DNA of 63,991 nucleotides, filler included, from Barthelona sp. PAP020 (Eukaryota): assembly GCA_040182905.1 (NCBI GenBank). It is 11 parts of 11 records of this genome, joined end to end, with 100 filler letters (N's around TTAATTAATTAA, not from the genome) between each part and the next. Parts side by side here need not be neighbours in the genome. Positions count along the whole stretch, not along the records: positions 1 to 5,923 come from JARQWU010000572.1; positions 6,024 to 11,943 come from JARQWU010000573.1; 9 more parts are not named here. One strand, written 5' to 3'. Under the pieces are notes generated by a model. It searched no databases. It was given only the letters and a program-made list of their open reading frames with translations, and was not told the origin of the DNA. Shown here in pieces: positions 1 to 11,363 of the stretch. A program made the position numbers and the translations under genes. Position 1 is the stretch's first letter. Each line of letters opens with the position of its first letter.

Positions 1-627
1 AATGAAAATGAAAACAATCAGAAAATTTGATTCCAATTTTGAAAAAACATCAGAAAATATTGTTTTTGCTTTTTTCTTTAAATCGAAATAAGGCATCCAA
101 AATCAACTGAGGAAAAAAAAAAACTTCAAAAGATTTATTTTCATTTTTGTTTATCTAAACTTAAAGCTACTAGTTGAAGAAGGGACAAAATCTCCTAATG
201 ACAGTGTAGAAAATTTATTTTTAGAAAACAACTTGTCACTTTGAAAAAAAAATTTAAACAATCTATTGTGGGTAAAGTTCAAGGACATTTTATGCACATT
301 CATCGGCAAAGCAATGGTCTCTAATCAGGATTTTTGGAACAAGAAACAATCTTGAGGAATCATGACCTTTTCCTTTCTTTCTCTTCTTGAAGGCAATCTT
401 TATGCATTGAATATGTCACCTTCATTTTTCTTAATGTTTGACTCTAAAAATCATTTTAATTTTGAAAAGAAATGGTTTTTTGTGAGTAAATTGATGAGAT
501 TTTTAAAAAAAATTTTTTATTAAAAATCAATTGAAAAATACGAATTTAGCACTTAATTCTTTATTATCAATTTAAAGAATAATACAGTTGAAAAATAGAA
601 AAAGAAAATCTAAAATTAACAAAAATA

Positions 628-2676
628 ATGGAAAACTACACACATTTAGGGACTATAGGTGAAGGAACTTATGGATATGTACTTAAATGTAAACATAATG
701 CAACAGGACATCTAGTTGCGATAAAAAAATTCAAAAATTTTAAAAATAATGCTCAAAGCAAAAAGAGTGCACTAAGAGAAATGAAAATACTAAGTTTATT
801 ACACCATGAGAATATTGTTGAATTATTTGAAATTTTTAAACAAAACCAAAATTATTTTATTGTTATTGAGTTGTGTAGTGGAAATTTACTTACGAAAATG
901 GGTTTTGATCCACTTACTGATGAAAATTTGATTAATTATGAGGAAGTTATTTGGTATGCATGGCAAATGTGTGAAGGAATAGCCTATTGTCATGACAGAA
1001 ACATTATTCATCGAGATATTAAACCTGAGAATATTTTATTGACTTCACAAGACATTATTAAGGTGTGCGATTTTGGATTTGCCAGATTTCATTCCAACAA
1101 TGCAAATGGGAGATACACTGATTATGTAGCAACACGATGGTATCGTTCTCCTGAATTGTTAGTTGGTTCAACTGACTATGATGCTTCCGTTGATGTTTGG
1201 GCAATAGCTTGTCTAATGTCTGAATTATATTCTGGAAATCCATTATTTGCTGGTGACAATGATTTAGATCAGCTAGTAAAGATTTCTATTTTGCTGGGAG
1301 AGATTCCTAAACATTTTTTAAGCACATTACGAAATAATTCTTACAGTAAAACATTTGATTTAACGTTTTTTGAAGTGAAATCCAGTCCAAAGAAAGAATA
1401 TTCAATCGAAGAAGTGAAAGAACGTTTAAGATTGGTTCATCCAAATGTACTTGATGAATTCATTGATTTTTTGGCTCGATGTCTAAGATATGAGCCCAAT
1501 TCAAGATTAACTATCGTTGAATGTTTAGAACATCCTTTGTTTTCTACTAGAATTATATCTTTCAAAAAAAGGCTGGAAAATATTACCAGTAAAAATGTTG
1601 ATAAACAAAAATTAAGAATGGAATTAAACAAAGCAAAAGAAATCAGACAGATTTTGCACCTGAAGAAACAACAACAGGAAGAAGAAATTCAACGGCAATT
1701 TAAACAGATTCATCCCCCTGAAAAATTAGAAATCAAACAAAGCAAACCATCAGGACATGGAACTCAAGCAAACACAAATACAAATTATCATAGTCAAGTT
1801 CATTCACAAGTTCAACCTTTTAAAATGAATAAACGATTACAAGAATTAAAGGTAGAATTAGAAATACCTCAAAACACTTTGAATTCACCTTTATCCCCTG
1901 AAAATACCAAAGCTATGAAAGAAATCCCTTTGGAGATTATAAAAAACGTATCTTCGACTTTCTTTAACAAGCTCAAATCATCAAGAAGAAATGCTAGCAG
2001 TCATAACAACAGCAATAACAATAAAAGTTTTTCTACCGAGGTATTAATGTCACCTAGTTTGCTTCAAACACCAAGGTTGAATCCTTTTGATGAGAAAGAC
2101 GAAACAGATTCAAAGACTGGCATTGCATTTAATTATTCAAATATCTCGGGACCCAAGAATAGTCTTTTGACTGATCCTGTTCACATTTTAAAGACTTCCA
2201 CTTCTGAAATTAATTTAGTTAATTCGTTTATTCAAAAAAGAAAAAAGAACTACAACAATAAGGAAACGAATGATTTTAATGGTAACTCTCATTTCTCAAA
2301 TGGCTCACATTTGTTGAAGAAATCAAGATCTCTTCCAAAGTTAATCGATTTACATTCTCCTGAAAAGTCAGTATTAGCCTCGTTAGATGAGGGAATTTTT
2401 ATTGCTCCAACAAATGTAGCAAAATCAAGATCCAGAAAAAATTCACTGAACGATGCTGATACTGAAGTGCTCACGAATTTTTCAAGACAAAAAAGTTTTA
2501 ACAGAATAAACAATGGTGAAATATTGGATTTTTCAAGGCAAAAGAGGGGTGATCGAAACGCAGCAGCTAAAAGTATCAGCTTTGCCAAAAATAAACAAAA
2601 TATTTTTCCAGATTCAAAAGGCAAATCTGGAGAACAATCCAACATGTTCAAATTGAGGAGAAAATTTGGTATTTAA
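628..2676 (+). CDS. Cyclin-dependent kinase-like (CDKL family) Ser/Thr kinase with long disordered C-terminus
   Basis: GEGTYG, VAIKKFK, HRDIKPEN, DFG and YTDYVATRWYRSPELLVG (TDY activation loop typical of CDKL). Confidence 0.9.
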   Translation: MENYTHLGTIGEGTYGYVLKCKHNATGHLVAIKKFKNFKNNAQSKKSALREMKILSLLHHENIVELFEIFKQNQNYFIVIELCSGNLLTKMGFDPLTDENLINYEEVIWYAWQMCEGIAYCHDRNIIHRDIKPENILLTSQDIIKVCDFGFARFHSNNANGRYTDYVATRWYRSPELLVGSTDYDASVDVWAIACLMSELYSGNPLFAGDNDLDQLVKISILLGEIPKHFLSTLRNNSYSKTFDLTFFEVKSSPKKEYSIEEVKERLRLVHPNVLDEFIDFLARCLRYEPNSRLTIVECLEHPLFSTRIISFKKRLENITSKNVDKQKLRMELNKAKEIRQILHLKKQQQEEEIQRQFKQIHPPEKLEIKQSKPSGHGTQANTNTNYHSQVHSQVQPFKMNKRLQELKVELEIPQNTLNSPLSPENTKAMKEIPLEIIKNVSSTFFNKLKSSRRNASSHNNSNNNKSFSTEVLMSPSLLQTPRLNPFDEKDETDSKTGIAFNYSNISGPKNSLLTDPVHILKTSTSEINLVNSFIQKRKKNYNNKETNDFNGNSHFSNGSHLLKKSRSLPKLIDLHSPEKSVLASLDEGIFIAPTNVAKSRSRKNSLNDADTEVLTNFSRQKSFNRINNGEILDFSRQKRGDRNAAAKSISFAKNKQNIFPDSKGKSGEQSNMFKLRRKFGI

Positions 2677-3308
2677 TCTGTAAATAAATCATGCTTTCTT
2701 TTTTTTTTTTCGTTTTGTTACGTTTTATTTTTCTTCTTGTACGAACCTTTACCAGAACTTACCCAAATTAGAGGCTGGGAAACTCAGTTGACTAATAAAT
2801 AATAAACCTTAATCTTCATTCTTTTCGGGAGGTGCCTTGTTAAAGGGGTATTGTGTTACAGTGTGGTATCAGAAATGAAAAGAAACGTTCCGCAAGGGTT
2901 GTCTAATAATAATATTTACCCTTATGAAGAGTGGGTTCAACTCTTCACTGAATTTATTTTTAGGAGACAAAAAAGGAGAATTCTGACAGTAGATTCACCT
3001 TTAAAAAAAGGGATTGCGATAAAAACAAGAAATACCACGAGAATGCAGTCAAAATAGCCAGACTGTTCAAACGATATTGCCCCTCTAAAGTAACCACAAT
3101 AAATTTTGCAAAATTAATAAAGATTGTGACTGCCCTTGATCTTCTTTTTAAGCCAAATATATAGATGTACCTTTTTCAAACACAACAAAAGACAGTTCAC
3201 TCTTTGCATTAGCAAATGAAAGAATTATGACCCTTTATAAAATGAAAAGGTAAAACCTTGGAAATCACCATCTGCTGATGAAAAAGAAATTAGTGACACA
3301 AAGACAAT

Positions 3309-4366
3309 TTACACCACGCATAAAGCCATCAGATCCTCAAAGCTACATATTGCTAAATCTGTGGCCAAGACAGAGAACTCCAAAAAAGCATTTCTCATTG
3401 TTTCAGCGATCGATTGATATTTGGAGATATACATTTTGATGGAAAGGTCAATGAATTCATCAAAGTTCTCACGATTAACAGGTCGGTTGAGTAAAATTGG
3501 TATACAAAGGGTTTCAATGATGGGAATACCTTGAGACACAGATCACGATCAACACCATCAAACATGTTCAAAGAGCTGGTTGAAATGAGACCAAATGGGG
3601 TTGGTCCAAGAAGACAGATTGATATTTGGACCCGATGGATGAGGCAATGAAGAATGAAATAACTCAGTGAACGTAGGGTTGATTCTTCTAAATCATCATC
3701 AAGTTTGAATGATCCCCCATTTGTTTCGCCCATAAAGTTGAAACTAGTGGGATTATCAACAAGCCAATCAATGAAAGAGAGCAGAGTCAATGGTTCAGAA
3801 AAATCACTGAGTTTGAACATAATGTTCTTGGACACATTGCCAATGGTAAAGCAACGTTCAAAGAAAGAGCTGAATTGTTCATCCAAACGTTGCTCAACAA
3901 TCAACGGTTCACCTACTTCTAGGTTAAAGTTGAAACTTTCAAGAACATCCACAATGTGAATTGAACACCTTTCCTGAGTAGCAGATTTGTGCAAGTCATG
4001 TATTTTTTGTTCAAGTTGCCTCAAACTGACACGTTGTTTGATGTTCTGAGTGATACATTGAAGAATGATTTCATAGAGTTCATCAGTTTTATCAGCCCCT
4101 GCATTTTCGAAGCAGTTTTGTATGGTGATAACGCTTTCTTGCAAAAGAGTTGGATAAAACATACGAATCAGTAATTTACCTAAAGCGAAAATATCCATTG
4201 AAAAGTCAATATTTGCACTTACTAATGAGATTGGATCCATGTAAAGCGCCGTACCCTGTATCATAGTACCACTGGACATTGTACCTTCAGTTTGATATGC
4301 TGTTGCAAAATCACAGAGAGCCACACGTGAAGAAATAATTTTTTAGAACAGAAAATTCTCAGTGCA
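3309..4366 (-). pseudogene. Degraded kinase C-lobe fused to a HECT-like N-lobe
   Basis: CTENFLF*KIISSRVALCDFA...GTALYMDP...DIFALG has an in-frame TAA at 4343-4345 and no N-lobe. Downstream TLRSLSYFILHCLIHRVQISI and, after a frameshift near 3530, RPVNRENFDEFIDL...AETMRNAF...CSFEDL resemble HECT consensus blocks. Confidence 0.5.
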
Positions 4367-4403
4367 TCCCCAAAATGATGTTTTGGATCATTTTTCCAAC
4401 TAA

Positions 4404-5609
4404 TCAATCATCAATTTCATCACTTTCATAATCACTTTGTTCATTGAAAAATGAGTGCATATTTCCACCCTTCATTTCATTAATGTCAATCAAGTCCCAA
4501 CATGTGTCAACAATCATGTTATATTCCTCTTCATTCATGCAAATACCTGCAGCTACCAATTGTCTTATGAGTTGAGTATCAATATTCAAAGCCATAAGAT
4601 TCGACAATACATAGCCACCATCCCTTGACAATCGAATGAGTTCCGCCTCATGTGAGGGGTTATAGTCAAAGACAATTGAATAGATTTTGATGACATTCCC
4701 TGCACATTTTCCACACGCTACTTGTGTGTTATCAGGGGATATAGCAAAGGAAAAACCGAAAGAGTTACAACCACAATGCACCTTTTGAATTTGATGATAG
4801 GTTTCAACATTGAATGAGGTAATATAACCATCACCAGACATAATAAGCAAGATATAGGGTGATAAGAAATGAAGACACCATATTTCACCACCCATATTAA
4901 ATGTATGAATGAGTGATCCGTCCTCCATGTCCCAGAGTTTGACTTTGTTTGAACAATCACCAACAGCAATCATTCTTTCAGTTGGGTGGAAATCAATAGT
5001 TCTAATTTCGCCATCTTGATGGAATGTACGAACAACAGACAAATCATCTGGGTCAACCAACTTGGCAATACCATCACCACATCCAGTCAAAAGATATTTA
5101 CCATCCGTTGATAGTTTCACTCTCCAAATAAATCTATTCGAAATTCTCTTTTCCAAGACAATTTCCCCACTATGTGTATCACTTTTCGTAAGAGTTCCAT
5201 TGCTATCACCATAATATACATAATTTGAACAAGAAGAAAAACAAATTCCATTAATATAATTTCCACCATTCAATCTACACAAGATGGAGAAATCTCGAAA
5301 GCTGTGTACAATGATAGACTTATCACGGGAACATGTTGCCAACTTCTGCCCATTTGGTGAAATGGCAATTTCATAAACTTGGTTTGTATGCTCTTTCAAT
5401 GTGCGATTCAATATTCCAGTTGCTACATCAATGACATGAACAGCTTGATAACTACCAACAACCAATTGTTTACCATTTGGCAAGTATTTACAGTCATACA
5501 AATTATTAGAAATCACATTTTCAATTTCACCTACACTATTTTCATCAATCTTTAGAGGAAATAAACCACGTAAAAATTCTCCTATTTCACCACTTGATTC
5601 AACAGACAT
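4404..5609 (-). CDS. WD40 beta-propeller protein with a conserved, unrecognised C-terminal domain
   Basis: WD repeats (EHTNQVYEIAISPNGQKLATCSRDKSI; DFHPTERMIAVGDCSNKVKLWD). The last ~80 aa match the C-terminus of the ankyrin protein at 18048-19808. Confidence 0.88.
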   Translation of the reverse strand: MSVESSGEIGEFLRGLFPLKIDENSVGEIENVISNNLYDCKYLPNGKQLVVGSYQAVHVIDVATGILNRTLKEHTNQVYEIAISPNGQKLATCSRDKSIIVHSFRDFSILCRLNGGNYINGICFSSCSNYVYYGDSNGTLTKSDTHSGEIVLEKRISNRFIWRVKLSTDGKYLLTGCGDGIAKLVDPDDLSVVRTFHQDGEIRTIDFHPTERMIAVGDCSNKVKLWDMEDGSLIHTFNMGGEIWCLHFLSPYILLIMSGDGYITSFNVETYHQIQKVHCGCNSFGFSFAISPDNTQVACGKCAGNVIKIYSIVFDYNPSHEAELIRLSRDGGYVLSNLMALNIDTQLIRQLVAAGICMNEEEYNMIVDTCWDLIDINEMKGGNMHSFFNEQSDYESDEIDD

Positions 5610-5923
5610 AATAAACTAACAAAAAAAAGAAATAAATGGAAATGGAAAATAGAAATTGACGATTGACCAGAAATTTTCAAAAATCTTCCAAAATCCAAAT
5701 TGCAAATATTCACCTCATGTAAATGAACGATGTTGACAAATATTCATTGCATGTAGTTGTTTTGTTTTTAGATTTGATTGGACTGCTCTTTCTATAATAT
5801 TTACTAAACTATGAGCTATACAACCTATTCGGGTGATTAAGGGTTATGGTATTAAATTATGGCTATTTTCTCTGTTTATTGGGTGGAATTGATGTTTGTA
5901 ACATTACACATTTAAATAAACTT

Positions 5924-6023
5924 NNNNNNNNNNNNNNNNNNNNNNNNNNNNNNNNNNNNNNNNNNNNTTAATTAATTAANNNNNNNNNNNNNNNNNNNNN
6001 NNNNNNNNNNNNNNNNNNNNNNN
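5924..6023. other. Artificial contig-joining spacer (44 N + TTAATTAATTAA + 44 N); first of 10
   Basis: Identical 100-nt spacers at 5924, 11944, 17946, 23936, 29910, 35837, 41751, 47663, 53553 and 59436. The core has stops in all six frames, and intervening contig lengths fall monotonically (5920, 5902, 5890, 5874, 5827, 5814, 5812, 5790, 5783). Confidence 0.98.
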
Positions 6024-6119
6024 GATGATTGTTCCATTGAAGAAGATGTTTTCCAAATCATTCAATCTTGGGAAGATGAAGTTCAAGCCTGTGATGTTGT
6101 TTCTTTCACCAAGGTTTGA
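6024..6119 (+). CDS. Translation elongation factor 1-beta, C-terminal fragment (contig edge)
   Basis: Manual translation DDCSIEEDVFQIIQSWEDEVQACDVVSFTKV* matches the eEF1B GEF C-terminus (..EDYVQSCDIVAFNKI). Confidence 0.75.
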   Translation, partial: DDCSIEEDVFQIIQSWEDEVQACDVVSFTKV

Positions 6120-6273
6120 TTTTGTTTTTTTTTTCTTTTAGTTTATAAATTCTTTCAAGGAAATTTGAACTTTTTTTTAACTGCCCTGTAAGGTGTTTTG
6201 AGAGTTTAGTTTTTTCTTATCGGAAAAACAAGAGATTAAAAAAGAAGAAAAATTTATACAATTTTGAAATAAG

Positions 6274-6732
6274 TCATTTGTTTTGCTTTTTTGAGATGAT
6301 ATGATATGGTAAATTTATTGAATACTCTCTGTTATGTGGTACACAAAAAGATGGATTCTTTTTTGAAGAGGAGAACTTGTATTCTTTTCTCAATAAATGA
6401 TCTGACAATGCAAAGGACCCAGAAGGATTATAATCACAACGTCTTTTTGGCTGTGGAAATTTATCTGGAATAAAACCTTCAGAAACAGGAAAAGTTATAT
6501 GTGTAATTCTTGAATCATGATCTGTTAATTTTAACCATTTTTCACCTCTTTTTTTATGTTCATTTAAAATCCTTTTGTGCTTTCTTAAAGGATATTTTAA
6601 ACCGTTTTTAGAATAAATTATCCGATTCTTTGTAAGCCTTTCATAATCAATATCAAAAAGCGATTTTTTCGAAATCTTATCAGTATATGTGTCTACAATC
6701 ATGAGCGATGCAATTAATATGTCATTACACAA
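6274..6732 (-). CDS. Hypothetical basic protein (start uncertain)
   Basis: 152-codon ORF divergent from RPL37; no recognisable motif. Confidence 0.35.
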   Translation of the reverse strand: MCNDILIASLMIVDTYTDKISKKSLFDIDYERLTKNRIIYSKNGLKYPLRKHKRILNEHKKRGEKWLKLTDHDSRITHITFPVSEGFIPDKFPQPKRRCDYNPSGSFALSDHLLRKEYKFSSSKKNPSFCVPHNREYSINLPYHIISKKQNK

Positions 6733-6808
6733 AGTTTTGTTGGTAAAAAAAAATGTTTCAAAATTTATGAAAATATTGTTACATAGTTTTTTCCTAATAT
6801 TTCTTTAA

Positions 6809-7178
6809 ATGGTATGGTTGTCATGATTATATAATGTTATTCGATGTTGTGTTGTTTTCCTTTTTGTTGTTTTTAGCCTTTATTTCTAATATTTAGTCCA
6901 AAGGTACTCCCGCTCAAGGTAAGCGTAATCGTCACTCTCACACTCTTTGTCGTCGTTGTGGACGCCGTTCTTTCCATGTTAGAAAAAGCACTTGTGCTTC
7001 TTGTGGATTCCCCAGTCCAAAAATGCGTGATTGTATGAATTTTTTGTTTGTCCATATCTAATTTATAGTCAACTGGGCTCTTAAGAACAACCGTCGTCGT
7101 TCCACTGGAACTGGCCGTTGTCGTTATTTAAGAGTTGCCAATCGTATTGCTCAAAACGGTCACTCTTACAAATTATAA
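6809..7178 (+). CDS. RPL37: 60S ribosomal protein L37 (eL37); exons 6809-6811, 6897-7032, 7069-7178
   Basis: Spliced translation [67 protein letters not shown]... contains the CxxC...CxxC zinc ribbon; missed by the ORF track. Confidence 0.95.
6812..6896 (+). other. Spliceosomal intron (85 nt) directly after the RPL37 ATG
   Basis: GTATGG...CTAATATTTAG; removal gives M-SKGT. Confidence 0.85.
7033..7068 (+). other. Spliceosomal intron (36 nt) in RPL37
   Basis: GTATGA...CTAATTTATAG; removal restores MRDFNW. Confidence 0.9.
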
Positions 7179-7495
7179 CTTTCTTAACTCGGCATTAAGT
7201 TCTTTGGTCATCATGTTTGTCATTTATTTTTTTGATAAATTTTGATAAAGAGATATACATTTTATTTTTCTTTCAATTTTTCTTTCACCATTGCATGAAG
7301 GTTGTGTTTTTTTTCGAGTAGAAATGGTTGACTAGAATAATCTATCAATGAATGATTATTTCAGTCTTTTTGTTTTGAAATTGTCTTTATTTTGATTGTA
7401 TGGCAATAATTGATAAATATATTGATATTTATGGTGAATATTGAGTTGATTTTAATTAAAGGATTGTTTTCACATTCATTTTCTTTTGTTCGTAA

Positions 7496-8506
7496 ATGAT
7501 TGATAAATTCCAGAATTATTTTAATACTTTTAGTGGGATGCTGTACTTTAAAAATGGTGAATTCTTTACTGACACTAATTTTTCTGTCACAAATGAATTA
7601 GGGATTCTATATGGTACAGGTATTTATGAAATCATTCCTGTATGTGATTCTAATTGTTTCAGAGCAAAGAAACATATTCAAAGATTTATTGAAAATTGTA
7701 GAAAAATAGATATGGATTTGGAATTTGATGATGATTATTTGGAAGAACAAGTGAATCTTCTTGTGCAAAAGAACAGTATTGGATTAGGTACTTGCACATT
7801 ATTGGCGACTCCGGGTAATTATCAGGGTGGTTATTGGTTCATTCCAGATAAATTTGAGCCAAATTTATTTATTTCTTGTGAAAACAGATGGATTCCAGAG
7901 CTTACAAACGAACCTGCCATTAGAGTAGCGCTTTGTCCTGATCCAAGAGCCTATACATGTGATATTAAATCAACCAGTTTATTACCCTCTCTTTTATTAT
8001 TGAAAGATCTTAAATCAAAGGGTTTTGAAGATGTGATTTTTTTTGACCGTCATAATGACAATGTCTTTCAATCATCACATGGTAACGTTTTTTTAGTCAA
8101 AAATGATGTTTTGTTTACACCCCCTGTAGGTCCAAAAGTGTTTGATGGATTCACAAGACAAGAAATAATAAAGATTGCGAATAAATTGGGTCTGATCTGT
8201 CGAATTCAAAATTTTTCCACGGATTTGCTGAAACGTTGTGATGCAGTTTTCATTGTTTCTTCAACTCAAATGGTATTGCGGGTAAGAATGATTGATGATA
8301 TTGAAATTCCTGAGGAAAACAGAATTGTTGAAGCAATTGAAGATGCTTATTTAGACATCATGGTGTCTGAGTGTTCAAAAGTTAATCAAATTTCTGAAAA
8401 AATTCCTGTCAGTACTCAGCTTCAAGTGGAAGATGCAATTCCAACAAACGAAGAAAAGGTGATCAAAGAGAAGGAAGAACCATTTGCTGGTATTGGCATC
8501 AAATAG
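7496..8506 (+). CDS. PLP fold-type IV aminotransferase, D-amino-acid transaminase-like
   Basis: GILYGTGIYE, HIQRF, CDIKSTSLL (catalytic Lys, cf. bacterial Dat CDIKSLNLL), GNVFLV, DGFTR. True start may be the ATG at 7538. Confidence 0.82.
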   Translation: MIDKFQNYFNTFSGMLYFKNGEFFTDTNFSVTNELGILYGTGIYEIIPVCDSNCFRAKKHIQRFIENCRKIDMDLEFDDDYLEEQVNLLVQKNSIGLGTCTLLATPGNYQGGYWFIPDKFEPNLFISCENRWIPELTNEPAIRVALCPDPRAYTCDIKSTSLLPSLLLLKDLKSKGFEDVIFFDRHNDNVFQSSHGNVFLVKNDVLFTPPVGPKVFDGFTRQEIIKIANKLGLICRIQNFSTDLLKRCDAVFIVSSTQMVLRVRMIDDIEIPEENRIVEAIEDAYLDIMVSECSKVNQISEKIPVSTQLQVEDAIPTNEEKVIKEKEEPFAGIGIK

Positions 8507-8666
8507 CTCAAAATAAGTTTTGTAAAACATTATTTTATTTTTAATGGATGATTAATTATTTATGAATATATTTGTATGGTTGCAAAGCCTTATTTTGAAT
8601 TGACACGATGAGAAGTCAAAAAAAAAAAAAAAAAAAAATTCTTTTTTGTTGGTATTTCTTTTACAG

Positions 8667-9359
8667 CTATTTTTCATCAAATAAATCGAGTAATTTTTTG
8701 ATTGTTTTATCATCTTGAATAGTTTCATCGCCTAAATCTAAAACGTCATAGGATTTAAATGAATTGATTTGCTTGAAATGTTCAATTTTATCATTCATAT
8801 CTCTGAACGACTTTTGTAATAATTCTGTCTTTTCATCTAATAACAACATCTTTTCAGAATAACATACCTTTTCAGTTAACTTTTTTTTTAACGCGTTTAA
8901 TTGTTCAAGTCGATCCCTTAAAATATTATTCTTTTCTTTCAAATATAGTATTTTATCATTAAGAATCTTCTTTTTTTGTCGTAAATCAATTATTTTATCT
9001 TCTTTGATACTATTTTCATTTTCATACTTCTCTGTATTTTCATCAATGTTTTCACTGATAATATCAGGAGGAGCAGGATACAACCATCCAACACCTCTTT
9101 TAAATGCTTTAGATATGCGAAGATCCCAAATATCAAAACATCCATCAAATCTGGGTTTTATCATTGAATTTATCTCTAAAAATCCATTTGAAATATCATC
9201 TTTTGAAAATCTTCCTTGTTCAATGTATTTTTTAACATATTCAATATTTGTCAATGTCTTAATAGATTCATTCAAAGAACTACGAAAATAAAATGTTGAC
9301 ACGTTAAATATATCGTTAACATATTGAATTGGATGTAATTCATGCACAAAATTTGACAT
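8667..9359 (-). CDS. Putative kinetochore protein Mis12-like, with C-terminal coiled coil
   Basis: HPIQYVNDIFN and DDISNGFLEINSMIKPRFDGCFDIWDL follow the Mis12 pattern (P..fidDiiN ... eIe.G...l...l...fDkfE.y); size ~230 aa fits. Confidence 0.5.
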   Translation of the reverse strand: MSNFVHELHPIQYVNDIFNVSTFYFRSSLNESIKTLTNIEYVKKYIEQGRFSKDDISNGFLEINSMIKPRFDGCFDIWDLRISKAFKRGVGWLYPAPPDIISENIDENTEKYENENSIKEDKIIDLRQKKKILNDKILYLKEKNNILRDRLEQLNALKKKLTEKVCYSEKMLLLDEKTELLQKSFRDMNDKIEHFKQINSFKSYDVLDLGDETIQDDKTIKKLLDLFDEK

Positions 9360-9462
9360 CACTAAAAAGATCGCCAATTTTTTTTGTCTCTATATCAATG
9401 TGTTGACTTGAATATTATCCTATTTTTGTTCTTTTTATCAAAAATATCTATTACTTATCTAA

Positions 9463-10844
<1,382 letters not shown>

Positions 10845-11363
10845 GATGAAATCATCTCGAAATTTTTGTAAACTTTTTTCGATTTTTCTCTTCTTTTTTT
10901 TTTTCCATTTTCTAGCATTTTTTCATAAAATATCAAATTCAAAAATAGCACAAGTTTTTGATTAACAAAAAACTGCAACTTTTATTCTAAGTATGGTTTT
11001 AAAATTCATCGTTTCTTTTTTGAAATTACTGTTTCACACTTTTGAGAGATATAGTAATCAATGACCTGTATTAAATGATCTTTTTTTTATTGGGAGAACT
11101 GTAGTTACAACAACAGATGGAGTTGTTGCATTTGAATAAAAAGAATTCATCATTAGAAAAAGGTTGGAATGTTTGTTGGAAAATAGCAACATCCGTAGAA
11201 TTTTCTTTGGAAGAAATTCGCTGTTTCAAATTGAATGGACAAAATCTTCAAAAATTTCTTTGTGACCTTCAATTGAATTCTTCTTTTGGCAAGGTTAAAA
11301 CATTTTGAAAAAAAAAAAAAATCGATACATGTTGTTTACTTGATTTCAAAATTGTCCATTAAA

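Noticed and set aside
6812..6896. Possible intronic C/D snoRNA in the longer RPL37 intron
   Set aside because: A C-box-like ATGATT is present, but there is no CTGA D box or terminal stem
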